Assembly: GCA_004193555.1 (NCBI GenBank)
Contig: RPGP01000029.1
Span: 140,976 to 204,975, forward strand
Source: Desulfobacteraceae bacterium Eth-SRB1
GTDB taxonomy: Bacteria; Desulfobacterota; Desulfobacteria; Desulfobacterales; ETH-SRB1
Reading direction: 5' to 3'
DNA: 64,000 nt
In this document: one piece after another, positions 16,541-25,622 of the stretch
How the letters are laid out: each line of letters starts with the position of its first letter
How positions within the stretch are numbered: the first letter of the stretch is position 1
Position numbers and translations under genes: made by a program
Notes under the pieces: model-generated
The model's input: only the letters and a program-made list of their open reading frames with translations
What the model was told of the DNA's origin: nothing
Database searches by the model: none

Positions 16541-17353
16541 ATGAAGAAATATTTGCAAGACAAGAAGCTTTTTGTGGCGGTGATTACTGCTTTGATTTGT
16601 GCTGTTGTTATGGTTTTTCCAGCCTTGGCCGAAGAGGATAAGCCGTCAGCTGATCTTTCGGTAGCGGTTCTAAGTGATTACATTTGGCGCGGACAGGAAT
16701 TGAGCCGCGACAGCGTGGTTATCCAACCGTCCATGACGATCAGCTATATGGGCTTTTCAACCAATATTTGGGGTAACATGGATACCGATCCCTATACATC
16801 CAGCGGGCAAGATGATCCGGCCAAATGGAACGAGACTGACTTCACGTTTTCTTATGCCAAAGACTTTGATCTTGTGAGCGTAGAAGGGGGTTATATCTAT
16901 TATGGCCTGGACGGCGCTGATGATTCCCAAGAGTTTTTCCTGAGCCTGGGTATGGATATTTTTCTTTCTCCTGGATTGACTATATATAAGGATTGTGACA
17001 CCTATCCGCACTGGTATCTCCTTTTTGGTATCTCCCATTCCTTAGGGATCACCGAGGCTGTTTCTTTGGAGCTTTCGGCTTCGGCGAGCTATTTAAAAAG
17101 TGAGGATGCCGACGACTACCCAGAGATTAACGATAGTGGGGCAACTACCGGCGATAAATTTAATGGTTTTCACGACGGTATTATTTCGGCAAGCCTTCCC
17201 ATATCGGTGGCAAAGTACATCACCGTCACCCCGTCGCTGTCATATATCTTCCCGCTTTCAAGTGATGCAGGCGACGAAATGAAGTGGCGCAGCAAGAAGG
17301 GGGACGACGATAACTTTATTTATGGCGGTGTGACCCTAAGCATGGCCTTTTAA
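16541..17353 (+). CDS. TIGR02001-like outer-membrane beta-barrel protein
   Basis: Signal peptide MKKYLQDKKLFVAVITALICAVVMVFPALA, then LSVAVLSDYIWRGQELS...STNIWGNMD and a terminal F. RBS agaggag. Confidence 0.7.
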   Translation: MKKYLQDKKLFVAVITALICAVVMVFPALAEEDKPSADLSVAVLSDYIWRGQELSRDSVVIQPSMTISYMGFSTNIWGNMDTDPYTSSGQDDPAKWNETDFTFSYAKDFDLVSVEGGYIYYGLDGADDSQEFFLSLGMDIFLSPGLTIYKDCDTYPHWYLLFGISHSLGITEAVSLELSASASYLKSEDADDYPEINDSGATTGDKFNGFHDGIISASLPISVAKYITVTPSLSYIFPLSSDAGDEMKWRSKKGDDDNFIYGGVTLSMAF

Positions 17354-18075
17354 GTTTAACCGGTATCCATCCACAAATGGCATCTTTCGGCTCCTGGCGG
17401 CGTTCTCGCTTTTTTAATAGGCGCACTATGCCTGCGGTTGCAAAAACGCTTGAGCCTTGCCAGGAACCAAAATCTAGCATTTGTGGATGGATACAAACTA
17501 ACTTTCAAGTTTCGCATCCTTGATTTCTATCAAGGTCAAGACGGTAAGGGCTAAAAATAAATTTTTAAAGCGAAATATACTGTCTGTAGTTTTAACGACG
17601 GCCCCAATCAATAAAGATGAGAGGGTATGATATTACGGGCAGACCCACTTGAACTCGTCTTCAGTAATTATATGAAACTAATATCGTGACAACCCTGCAT
17701 ATTTTCACTATTCTTATTTAAATTTTTCCTGCAATCAATGACCGCTTTTGTGGCGCTTTCTGCTTAAGAATGTGATCATCTTCCTTTTTATATTGTAAAT
17801 CAAATATTTTGACATATATATTGCACTTATAGTAATTAATTCCGAAACCTGAGACCTTTGAAAAATGTTTAATTTTGTTCGAGTACAAGGAAGGCGAAAA
17901 TTTCAACCGGAGGAATATATTGAATATTTCGAGGATAGCGCTAAAGTTTCACTCCGTGCCGAAATTTGAGCCTGACGCAGTAATCGGGCAGATAAGCGCA
18001 GACTTTGAAAGGGGACGTTTTGCAAAGGTCTCAACTTGTGTGCATCGAGCCGGCAAATTATATAGGAGGGATAAT

Positions 18076-18537
18076 ATGGCGCTTTTACTTGTGCAGCATG
18101 GCAAGAGCCTGCCAAAGGATAAAGATCCTGAAAAGGGCCTTTCCGATGAAGGGAACATTGATGTTAAGCGTATAGCGGATGCAGCTAAGAAATACGGCGT
18201 TAATGTATCATGTATTAAGCACAGCGGCAAAAAAAGGGCGCGTCAAACTGCCGATATATTTGCATCTGCCTTACAACCCGCACTTGGCGTTCAGGAAATT
18301 GGCGGAATAAATCCAATGGATGACATTGCAAGCTTTGCCGACAGTATAAGCAGCGGAGAAGATTTAATGATTGCAGGTCATTTGCCTTTTATGGAAAAAT
18401 TGGTCTCTTTTCTGATAACAGGGTCTATTGCAAAGCCGGTGATAAAATTCCAGAATGGAGGCATTGTGTGTCTAAATGAAGATCCGGATAGCCATTCCTG
18501 GGTAATAAAATGGGCGCTTATGCCGGATATTAAATAA
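18076..18537 (+). CDS. sixA: SixA-like histidine phosphatase (RHG motif reads QHG)
   Basis: MALLLVQHGKS...GLSDEG...RARQTA...IAGHLPF. RBS aggaggg. The ORF-track N-terminal extension is rejected. Confidence 0.65.
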   Translation: MALLLVQHGKSLPKDKDPEKGLSDEGNIDVKRIADAAKKYGVNVSCIKHSGKKRARQTADIFASALQPALGVQEIGGINPMDDIASFADSISSGEDLMIAGHLPFMEKLVSFLITGSIAKPVIKFQNGGIVCLNEDPDSHSWVIKWALMPDIK

Positions 18538-18711
18538 TGATATAGCCGCAAAATTGCTCAAAATAGGCAAAAAATAAAATCTACATTCTTTAATATCAAT
18601 AGGTTATAAGTAATAATAACTTAAAGTCAGACTTTTTACGAATTTATCTATAACAGTCGGCGCATCCTGTAGTTTACCCCGGTATTGTTTGTTTTTATAA
18701 AGGAACGCTTA

Positions 18712-20046
18712 ATGACCAATATTTTATTAATTTCTATTGTCCTTATCTCTATTGCTTCGCTTGTCCTGCTTTTGATTCTCAATAAGGGTAAATCGGATGA
18801 ATGGATAAAAAAGATTGCAGGCCGGTTTGATCTTCTGAAAAACGGACAGGAGGATACCGGCCGCATTGTAAAGGAAGAAATTGCTCTGAACAGGGAGGAA
18901 ACAGCCAGGAATTCTAAAAATGCCAGGGAAGAATTAGGCAGATACCTCAAGGATTCCAGCGATTCCCTTCTTAAGCGGATGACGGAAAATGCCGGAATGC
19001 AGAAAGATCAGCTCGATTCCTTTTCAAAACTGCTGGGAGATATGACCAAACTGCATGAAGAAAAATTCAATGCAATGCGCAGGACACTGGAAAATCAGTT
19101 GAGGTCGCTTCAGGAAAATAACAGCAGGAAGCTGGATCAGATGAGGCTGATTGTTGATGAGAAGCTCCAGTCAACCCTTGAAGCCCGCCTCGGTGAGTCC
19201 TTTAAACAGGTCAGTGAACGGCTTGAGCAGGTATATAAAGGGCTGGGAGAAATGCGCAGCCTGGCTGCCGGTGTGGGTGACCTGAAGAAAGTATTAACCA
19301 ACGTGAAGACGCGTGGTACCTGGGGAGAGATCCAGTTAGGCAATATTCTGGAACAAATTTTAACTCCGGATCAATATGGTGTTAATGTGGCGACAAAGAA
19401 AAACAGCAATGACAGGGTTGAATTTGCCATAAAATTGCCGGGACAGGGCGCTGATAAGGAACAGATTGTCTGGATGCCTATTGACTCCAAATTTCCCCAG
19501 GAGGATTACCAGCGCCTGATAGATGCGCAGGAGGCGGCAGATAAAGAGCTGGCAGACAAGTCGATGAAAAATCTGGAAATCCGTATAAAGGCGGAAGCCA
19601 GGAATATTAAGGAAAAGTATCTTGACCCTCCCAATACAACCGATTTTGCCATTATGTTCTTGCCTGTGGAAGGGTTGTATGCAGAGGTATTACGGATGCC
19701 CGGGTTATGCGATTTTTTGCAGCGGGAATACCGTATTACCGTTACCGGCCCAACAACCCTGGCAGCATTGCTAAACAGCCTCCAGATGGGTTTCAGGACG
19801 CTTGCAATACAAAAGCGTTCCAGCGAAGTCTGGGAACTTCTGGGTGCTGTTAAAACAGAATTTGGTAAATTTGGTGAAGTTCTGGACAAAACCAAGAAAA
19901 AACTTAAGGAAGCTACAAACATTATTGGTCAGGCGGAAGTCCGCACCAGGGCCATTGAAAGAAAGCTTAGGAAAGTCCAGGAAATACCGCAGAACGGATC
20001 TGATGTTGATCAGGATCAAGTTAGCGCACCTTCGGTGCGGACATAA
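18712..20046 (+). CDS. rmuC: DNA recombination protein RmuC
   Basis: N-terminal TM helix, long coiled coil, then TRGTWGEIQLGNILEQ...FAIMFLPVEGLYAE, typical of RmuC. Confidence 0.85.
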   Translation: MTNILLISIVLISIASLVLLLILNKGKSDEWIKKIAGRFDLLKNGQEDTGRIVKEEIALNREETARNSKNAREELGRYLKDSSDSLLKRMTENAGMQKDQLDSFSKLLGDMTKLHEEKFNAMRRTLENQLRSLQENNSRKLDQMRLIVDEKLQSTLEARLGESFKQVSERLEQVYKGLGEMRSLAAGVGDLKKVLTNVKTRGTWGEIQLGNILEQILTPDQYGVNVATKKNSNDRVEFAIKLPGQGADKEQIVWMPIDSKFPQEDYQRLIDAQEAADKELADKSMKNLEIRIKAEARNIKEKYLDPPNTTDFAIMFLPVEGLYAEVLRMPGLCDFLQREYRITVTGPTTLAALLNSLQMGFRTLAIQKRSSEVWELLGAVKTEFGKFGEVLDKTKKKLKEATNIIGQAEVRTRAIERKLRKVQEIPQNGSDVDQDQVSAPSVRT

Positions 20047-20258
20047 GTGCCTAAAGTGAGCTAAAGTGCCTAAAATGCCTAAAGTTGTGGTACGCCTTCG
20101 GCGTGTTAGAGATTTTCAGGGCTTGGTTATAAGTTCAGGTAGAAACAAAGTGAGCAAAATTGTATGGTGAAAAAAATTAAAATTGGCAGCGCCGAAGGTG
20201 CATTCCTTAACTTTAGGCACTTTAATATACTTTAGTTCACTTTAGACACTTTTTACTT
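20045..20258. repeat. Nested palindromic word-repeat element (gtgcctaaag words)
   Basis: gtgcctaaagtgagctaaagtgcctaaaatgcctaaag ... ctttaggcactttaatatactttagttcactttagacac, with inner arms gtacgccttcggcgtg / gcgccgaaggtgc. Confidence 0.75.
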
Positions 20259-20266
20259 ATATAATT

Positions 20267-20980
20267 ATGGATAAAATCATATCAGAAACCAAGGATAAAT
20301 ACATCAAAGCTTTGATGGATATCAGCAGGGCAATAACTTCCGACCTTTACCTTGAAGATATTCTTAGACTGATCGTGATGGTTACCGCCAGGGTTACCGG
20401 GGTTGAAATTTGTTCTTTATGGCTTATTGATGAAACAGTCAGTCCCCCAATGATTCGGCTTAAAGCCACACAGGCAATTGATTCCGATTATGTGCGTGAC
20501 AGATCTTTAAACCTGGATGAAGGTGTGGTCGGCTATGTGGCTACACATAAATCCCCTCTTATTATTAAAGATGTTTTGAAGGAGTCAAAGTTTAAGGAAA
20601 AAGAGATGGCCAGGAAGCTTGGACTTGTATCTATGCTAAGTGTTCCGCTTCAGGTAAAGGATGAAAAGGTGATCGGTGTGTTTAACTGTTTTACGGCACA
20701 CCCTCATAAATTTTCAGAAACAGATGTGAATATGATAACCACGGTTGCAAACCAGGCAGCTCTGGCAATCCTTAATACTGAATTAATAGTTAAAACCAAG
20801 GTTATTCAGGAAGAGCTGGAAACGCGCAAGATGGTTGAGCGGGCCAAGGAAGTACTTATGCATCGCCGCAATAAGACCGGAGAAGAGGCATATTCCTGGA
20901 TTAGAAAACGGAGTATGGATACACGCAAATCCATGCGTTGCGTAGCCGATGCAATTCTGCTTTCAGAAGAGCTCGAATAG
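20267..20980 (+). CDS. GAF + ANTAR RNA-binding antitermination regulator
   Basis: GAF region (SLWLIDE...VVGYVATHKSPLIIKDV) plus a C-terminal ANTAR helix pattern (LETRKMVERAKEVLM...EEAYSWIRKRSMDTRKSMRCVADAIL). Confidence 0.85.
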   Translation: MDKIISETKDKYIKALMDISRAITSDLYLEDILRLIVMVTARVTGVEICSLWLIDETVSPPMIRLKATQAIDSDYVRDRSLNLDEGVVGYVATHKSPLIIKDVLKESKFKEKEMARKLGLVSMLSVPLQVKDEKVIGVFNCFTAHPHKFSETDVNMITTVANQAALAILNTELIVKTKVIQEELETRKMVERAKEVLMHRRNKTGEEAYSWIRKRSMDTRKSMRCVADAILLSEELE

Positions 20981-21056
20981 ATTTGCAAAAAAAAATATCT
21001 TGACATATTTGCTGTGTTTGGCTTAAAAAAATCAGTTTAATAATTTTACGAAAACT

Positions 21057-21109
21057 CTGTACAATGGAGTGCAGAATTTTTTTGAATATGGAAGACAAAG
21101 GCGTCTTTT
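21057..21109 (+). promoter_or_regulatory. Dual hexaloop ANTAR-target RNA (two hairpins, loops AAUGGA and AAAGGC)
   Basis: ctgtac-aatgga-gtgcag (21057-21074) and ggaagac-aaaggc-gtctttt (21090-21109). Both loops have A1 and G4. Confidence 0.7.
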
Positions 21110-21140
21110 CCCTGTAAGAGGATAGACGTCTTTTTTATTT
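21100..21140 (+). terminator. Intrinsic terminator overlapping ANTAR hairpin 2
   Basis: ggcgtcttttc (21100-21110) pairs with ggatagacgtc (21120-21130) with 1 mismatch and 2 GU pairs, followed by ttttttattt. Confidence 0.7.
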
Positions 21141-21174
21141 CTATAACAACTTAGGTAAGGAGGGTAAACAAGTT

Positions 21175-22740
21175 ATGTCATTTAGTAAACCAAATCGTAG
21201 CGCAGCTACAGTTAGTTTAACACGGGTTGATCCGGCTCCTGGGTCCGGCATTTGTGTAACCTGTCTTGATGGTTGTGAGGGGCCGTGTGAAATAGGGCGC
21301 TCTGCCTTGAAGGGACGCGAGATGCTTTATCCGCAACCCTTTGGCAAGGTCACATCAGGTTCGGAAAAGGATTATCCGATCGATTTTTCCCATTTTAATA
21401 TTCAGGGTACCTGTGTTGGAGCGGTTGGAATTGAAGCCGATTCTGATGTCGCCATATTTTCTGCAGTTGACTGTTCAACAGCCGTTGGAAAGGATAGCAG
21501 CATAAAACTTGATTTTCCTGTATTTACAGGCGCTGTTGGATCAACCGAAATTGCCAGGGTCAATTGGGAAGAGATGGCTGTCGGCGCAGCTATATCCGGC
21601 ATTATAGTGGTAGCAGGAGAAAATATATGCGGCATGGATTCGCAGGCCGAGTTTAAAAATGGTAAAATCAGCAAGTCTCCTGAGATGGAGCGCAGGATAG
21701 ACGCCTTTAAAAGATGGTATGACGGCAAGGGCGGCATCATCATTCAAGCTAATGTTGAAGATACAAAGCTTGGTGTGCCGGAATATGTAATAGAAAAGCT
21801 CGGCATAGAGATATTCGAGCTCAAATGGGGCCAGGGCGCCAAAGATATTGGCGGTGAGGTTAAACTGCCAAGCCTTGAGAGAGCATTAGAGCTAAAAAAA
21901 CGAGGGTATATTGTTTTGCCCGATCCGACCAATCCAGCTGCCCAGGAGGCCTTTAAGACAGGTGGAATCACTGAATTTGAAAGACACTCACGACTTGGAA
22001 TGGTTGATGAGGAGTCTTTTCATAAATCTGTTGAATATCTTCGCGGTGTTGGAGCAAAATATGTTACCCTTAAAACTGGTGCTTATCGTCCGGCCGATCT
22101 TGCAAGAGCCATTAAATATGCTTCAGACGCTAAAATAGACATGCTGACTATTGATGGCGCCGGCGGCGGAACAGGTATGAGTCCCTGGAGAATGATGAAT
22201 GAATGGGGCATCCCTACTGTTGAGCTCGAATGTATGGCTTACCAGATGTGTGAACGTCTGAAATCAAAGGGCGCCTATATTCCGCCTATTGCTATTGCCG
22301 GCGGTCTTTCATTAGAAGATCATATATTTAAGGCCATTGCCCTTGGAGCGCCTTATGTCAAGGCTATCTGTCTGGGAAGAGCCATGATGACAGCGGCTAT
22401 GGTGGGAAAAACTCATGGCAAATTAATGGCAGAGAAAATGGACTTGGAAGGGGAAGACATTGAAGCAGGATATCTCAAGCTGTTTGCAGTGGGCGCACAA
22501 TTAAAAGAACGTTTTGGCGCGGATTTCAGCAAACTTCCGGCCGGCGCCATTGGAATGTACTCTTATGTGGATCGCTTGCGCCAGGGCCTGCAGCAGTTTA
22601 TGGCCGGCGCAAGAAAATTTGCTCTTCAGCATGTAGATAGAAACGATCTGGTTGCTTTGACAAGAGATGCGGCTGACATATCAGGCATCCCGTATGTTAT
22701 GGAATCTGATCAAGAGGAAATTGACAAGATACTGGGATAA
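21175..22740 (+). CDS. Glutamate synthase FMN-domain (GltB domain 2) family protein, archaeal split type
   Basis: N-terminal Cys cluster CVTCLDGCEGPCEIG; WGQGAKDIGGEVKL; DGAGGGTGMSPW FMN-site motifs. Confidence 0.8.
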   Translation: MSFSKPNRSAATVSLTRVDPAPGSGICVTCLDGCEGPCEIGRSALKGREMLYPQPFGKVTSGSEKDYPIDFSHFNIQGTCVGAVGIEADSDVAIFSAVDCSTAVGKDSSIKLDFPVFTGAVGSTEIARVNWEEMAVGAAISGIIVVAGENICGMDSQAEFKNGKISKSPEMERRIDAFKRWYDGKGGIIIQANVEDTKLGVPEYVIEKLGIEIFELKWGQGAKDIGGEVKLPSLERALELKKRGYIVLPDPTNPAAQEAFKTGGITEFERHSRLGMVDEESFHKSVEYLRGVGAKYVTLKTGAYRPADLARAIKYASDAKIDMLTIDGAGGGTGMSPWRMMNEWGIPTVELECMAYQMCERLKSKGAYIPPIAIAGGLSLEDHIFKAIALGAPYVKAICLGRAMMTAAMVGKTHGKLMAEKMDLEGEDIEAGYLKLFAVGAQLKERFGADFSKLPAGAIGMYSYVDRLRQGLQQFMAGARKFALQHVDRNDLVALTRDAADISGIPYVMESDQEEIDKILG

Positions 22741-22773
22741 TTTTTGTTTTGACGAGGTCTGAAAGGAGATAAA

Positions 22774-22980
22774 ATGCTTAATGTAATTTGTAAACATAAC
22801 TGCAAGGATTGTTATGCGCTTAGAGTTTGTGCAGTACAGGCCATAAAAGATCAGCAGGGTTCAATCTATGTGGAAACTGATGATTGTATCGGCTGTGGTT
22901 GCTGCAAAACAGCCTGTGTCACCTTTGGTTACAAGGCCCTTGAAGACAAGACACCTGAATGGTTAAAAGGGGCTGCTTAA
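22774..22980 (+). CDS. Small 4Fe-4S ferredoxin-like protein
   Basis: CKDCYALRVC and CIGCGCCKTAC motifs. Confidence 0.65.
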   Translation: MLNVICKHNCKDCYALRVCAVQAIKDQQGSIYVETDDCIGCGCCKTACVTFGYKALEDKTPEWLKGAA

Positions 22981-23078
22981 CCGATTTATTGATTTCGGAA
23001 TGCGGAGTGCGGAATGCAGAGAAAAAATCCGAAATCCGCATTCCGAAATCCAGAATTATAAGACAGGGAGAATAAGAG

Positions 23079-24920
23079 ATGCACGGTTGGATTGGTCGGT
23101 GTCTGAGGGTTAACCTGACTAAAAATGATTTTAAGCTCGAAGAAATTTCTCAGGAACTCATGAATAAATTTTTAGGGGGGCGTGGGCTCGGGGTTAAAAT
23201 TCTTTTCGATGAAATTGATCCCATGGTTGATCCATTATATCCTGACAATAAGCTTATATTTGTTTCAGGCCCGCTTGTAGGCACAGGTGCTGTAACCGGA
23301 GCATCATGCAATGTGATAACAAAGAGCGCTCTTTCAGGGACAATTGCGTGCGCAAAATTGCGAGGGCATTTCGGCGCGGAATTAAAATACTCCGGTCTGG
23401 ATATGATTATCGTGGAGGGCAGGGCTGAATTTCCCGTTATTCTTTCCATTCTTGACGATAAAATTGTCATCCAGCCTGCGCTTGAGTATTGGGGCCGTAC
23501 TACATCTGAAACGGAAAACATGTTTAAAAGCAGCCTGAGCGACAGATGGGCGGCTCGTGACACATATCTCTTATCCATCGGCCCTGCAGGAGAGAAACTT
23601 GTGCCGATGGCTAATGTTATCAACGACGGTTTTTTGTCGGTTGGGGGCGCTGGTATCGGCGCAGTAATGGGCTCTAAAAATCTTAAGGCAATTGCGGTCA
23701 AGGGTAATCACTCGGTGACAGTAGCCGACGGAAACCGTTTTGTGCAGGTTGTAACAACCTTGATCAACAAACTAAACAGCGCACCCCTGACCTCTCAATC
23801 CATGTCTTCCTGGGGTTCCGCTTTTCTTGTAGGTCTTTGTAATCAAAAAGCGATATTGCCGTTTAAGAACTTTCAGAGTTCTTCATTTGAGGAATCAAAA
23901 CAGATTGGAACAGAAGCTCTGTCCAGCGCCTTTGCACTTAGAAGCAGGGGCTGTTTTGCGTGCCCGATTGCATGCATAAAGAAAGCGGATGTGGATAACC
24001 GGTTTTATAAAGGCAAAGGAATGGCTCCAACCTACCTTGCTATTGGCGCTCTGGGACTTAATTGCGGCATTACAGATCTTACCAACATCGGGATAGCCAA
24101 CATGATTTGCGGTGAAATGGGCCTGGATCCTGTTGCAGCAGGTGGAACTATTGCCACTGCCATGGAGCTTGAGAGAAAAGGGCTTTTAACAAAGGATTCT
24201 TTAAAGCTTGATTTGCGGTTTGGTAATGGAGAAGATCTGATCCAGGCGTTAACCCTTATGGCGACAAAAAAAGGGCATGTTAAAAGAATAGGGCGGGGAG
24301 CAAAGGCATTGGCAGAGGAATATGGGCATCCGGAACTTTTTATGGGCGTCAAAAATATACCACTTGCCCCGTTTGACCCACGTGCAATCCAGGGAATGGG
24401 ACTTCACTTCGCAACATCCAATTATGGCCCACACCACCTCTATGCATACACTTTTATTGATGAAGTCCTGAATGTACATGAAAAATCGGATCCATGGACT
24501 ACGGAAGGAAAACCTGAACTGGTAAAGCGGTTCCAGGATATTACTGCTGTGATGGATTCATTAGGGTTGTGCAACTGGTCGTTGATGGGGCTTAAATTCA
24601 ATAATTTTGTACCCTTGATTAATAGCTGCTTAGGCACAAGCTACAAGGCTGAAGATTTACTCCAGACAGGTGAGAGGGTCTGGAATCTGGAGAGGCTGTT
24701 CAATATGCGAGCCGGGTTTAATCGAAGTCATGATAGCCTGCCTGAGAGATTTTATAATGAGCCGATTGAAGATGGGCCTGCCAAGGGGCAAATCAGCAAG
24801 GCCAATGAAATGCTGGATGACTACTATGGACTTCGTGGTTGGGATAATAAAGGCCAGCCGTCCGCAGAGATCTTAAGAGCATTAGAACTGGAGAGTAGAG
24901 ATGCCAAGAATAAAGATTGA
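23079..24920 (+). CDS. aor: Tungsten-type aldehyde:ferredoxin oxidoreductase (AOR family)
   Basis: N-terminal GRCLRVNLT...GGRGLG, the CFACPIAC 4Fe-4S motif, and GLCNW near the C-terminus. Confidence 0.85.
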   Translation: MHGWIGRCLRVNLTKNDFKLEEISQELMNKFLGGRGLGVKILFDEIDPMVDPLYPDNKLIFVSGPLVGTGAVTGASCNVITKSALSGTIACAKLRGHFGAELKYSGLDMIIVEGRAEFPVILSILDDKIVIQPALEYWGRTTSETENMFKSSLSDRWAARDTYLLSIGPAGEKLVPMANVINDGFLSVGGAGIGAVMGSKNLKAIAVKGNHSVTVADGNRFVQVVTTLINKLNSAPLTSQSMSSWGSAFLVGLCNQKAILPFKNFQSSSFEESKQIGTEALSSAFALRSRGCFACPIACIKKADVDNRFYKGKGMAPTYLAIGALGLNCGITDLTNIGIANMICGEMGLDPVAAGGTIATAMELERKGLLTKDSLKLDLRFGNGEDLIQALTLMATKKGHVKRIGRGAKALAEEYGHPELFMGVKNIPLAPFDPRAIQGMGLHFATSNYGPHHLYAYTFIDEVLNVHEKSDPWTTEGKPELVKRFQDITAVMDSLGLCNWSLMGLKFNNFVPLINSCLGTSYKAEDLLQTGERVWNLERLFNMRAGFNRSHDSLPERFYNEPIEDGPAKGQISKANEMLDDYYGLRGWDNKGQPSAEILRALELESRDAKNKD

Positions 24921-25275
24921 TCACAATAAGTGCACCGGTTGCAGGCATTGCGAAACCGCCTGTTCTCTCAATCATGTGGCCGGAGTCGCCAATCCGAGAA
25001 GATCTCGAATAAGAGTTTTTAGAGAAGGCACAACCTATTTTCCGACTATTGCCGGTCCTTTTGTGGATGCTGCCTGCACCTCAAAAAATGATCTGATTAT
25101 CGGTGATCATACTTACGATATGTGTCTGATCTGCAGGGCATCCTGTCCTGAGAAGCCATTTTTTATTGAAGCTGAAACAGGTTTCCCTCTAAAATGCGAT
25201 TTTTGCGGCATTCCTCCAAGTCCTTCCTGCGTAAGGTGGTGCAATAGCGGGGCATTGGAGCTGGTGGAAGATTAA
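24901..25275 (+). CDS. 4Fe-4S dicluster electron-transfer protein (AOR-associated)
   Basis: CTGCRHCETAC, CLICRASCP and CDFCG motifs. It overlaps the AOR 3' end by 20 nt. Confidence 0.7.
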   Translation: MPRIKIDHNKCTGCRHCETACSLNHVAGVANPRRSRIRVFREGTTYFPTIAGPFVDAACTSKNDLIIGDHTYDMCLICRASCPEKPFFIEAETGFPLKCDFCGIPPSPSCVRWCNSGALELVED

Positions 25276-25505
25276 ATATGTGGTCGAGTGGTGGTTGGGC
25301 CGTCCTACGTGGCGACTGGTCGAGCGGTGAATTGGTCGAGTGGTGAATTTGGTCAAAAGAACAAATTAAAAGATGAACGTCCAACATCCAACATCGAATT
25401 TTCAATAAGGTATTCTGCCAATTTGTAAACCGGCGGAGAGAAGCGATTTCATCATTCGATGTTCGACGTTGGATGTTCGATGTTGGACGTTCAAAAAAAT
25501 TCACC
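25276..25505. repeat. Nested palindromic word-repeat element (ggtcgagtggtg and ccaacatccaacatcg words)
   Basis: aacgtccaacatccaacatcgaa ... ttcgatgttcgacgttggatgttcgatgttggacgtt. Outer ggtcgag(t/c)ggtgaat repeats. Confidence 0.75.
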
Positions 25506-25622
25506 TATATCCTATGATACCGAATTCATTAGGCATAAAATGGAAATTTCTATACTATCAAGTTAAGAAAAATGATTTGAACCCTGAACCTCTGAACGGT
25601 TACTTTTATAATTTCTTGTACA

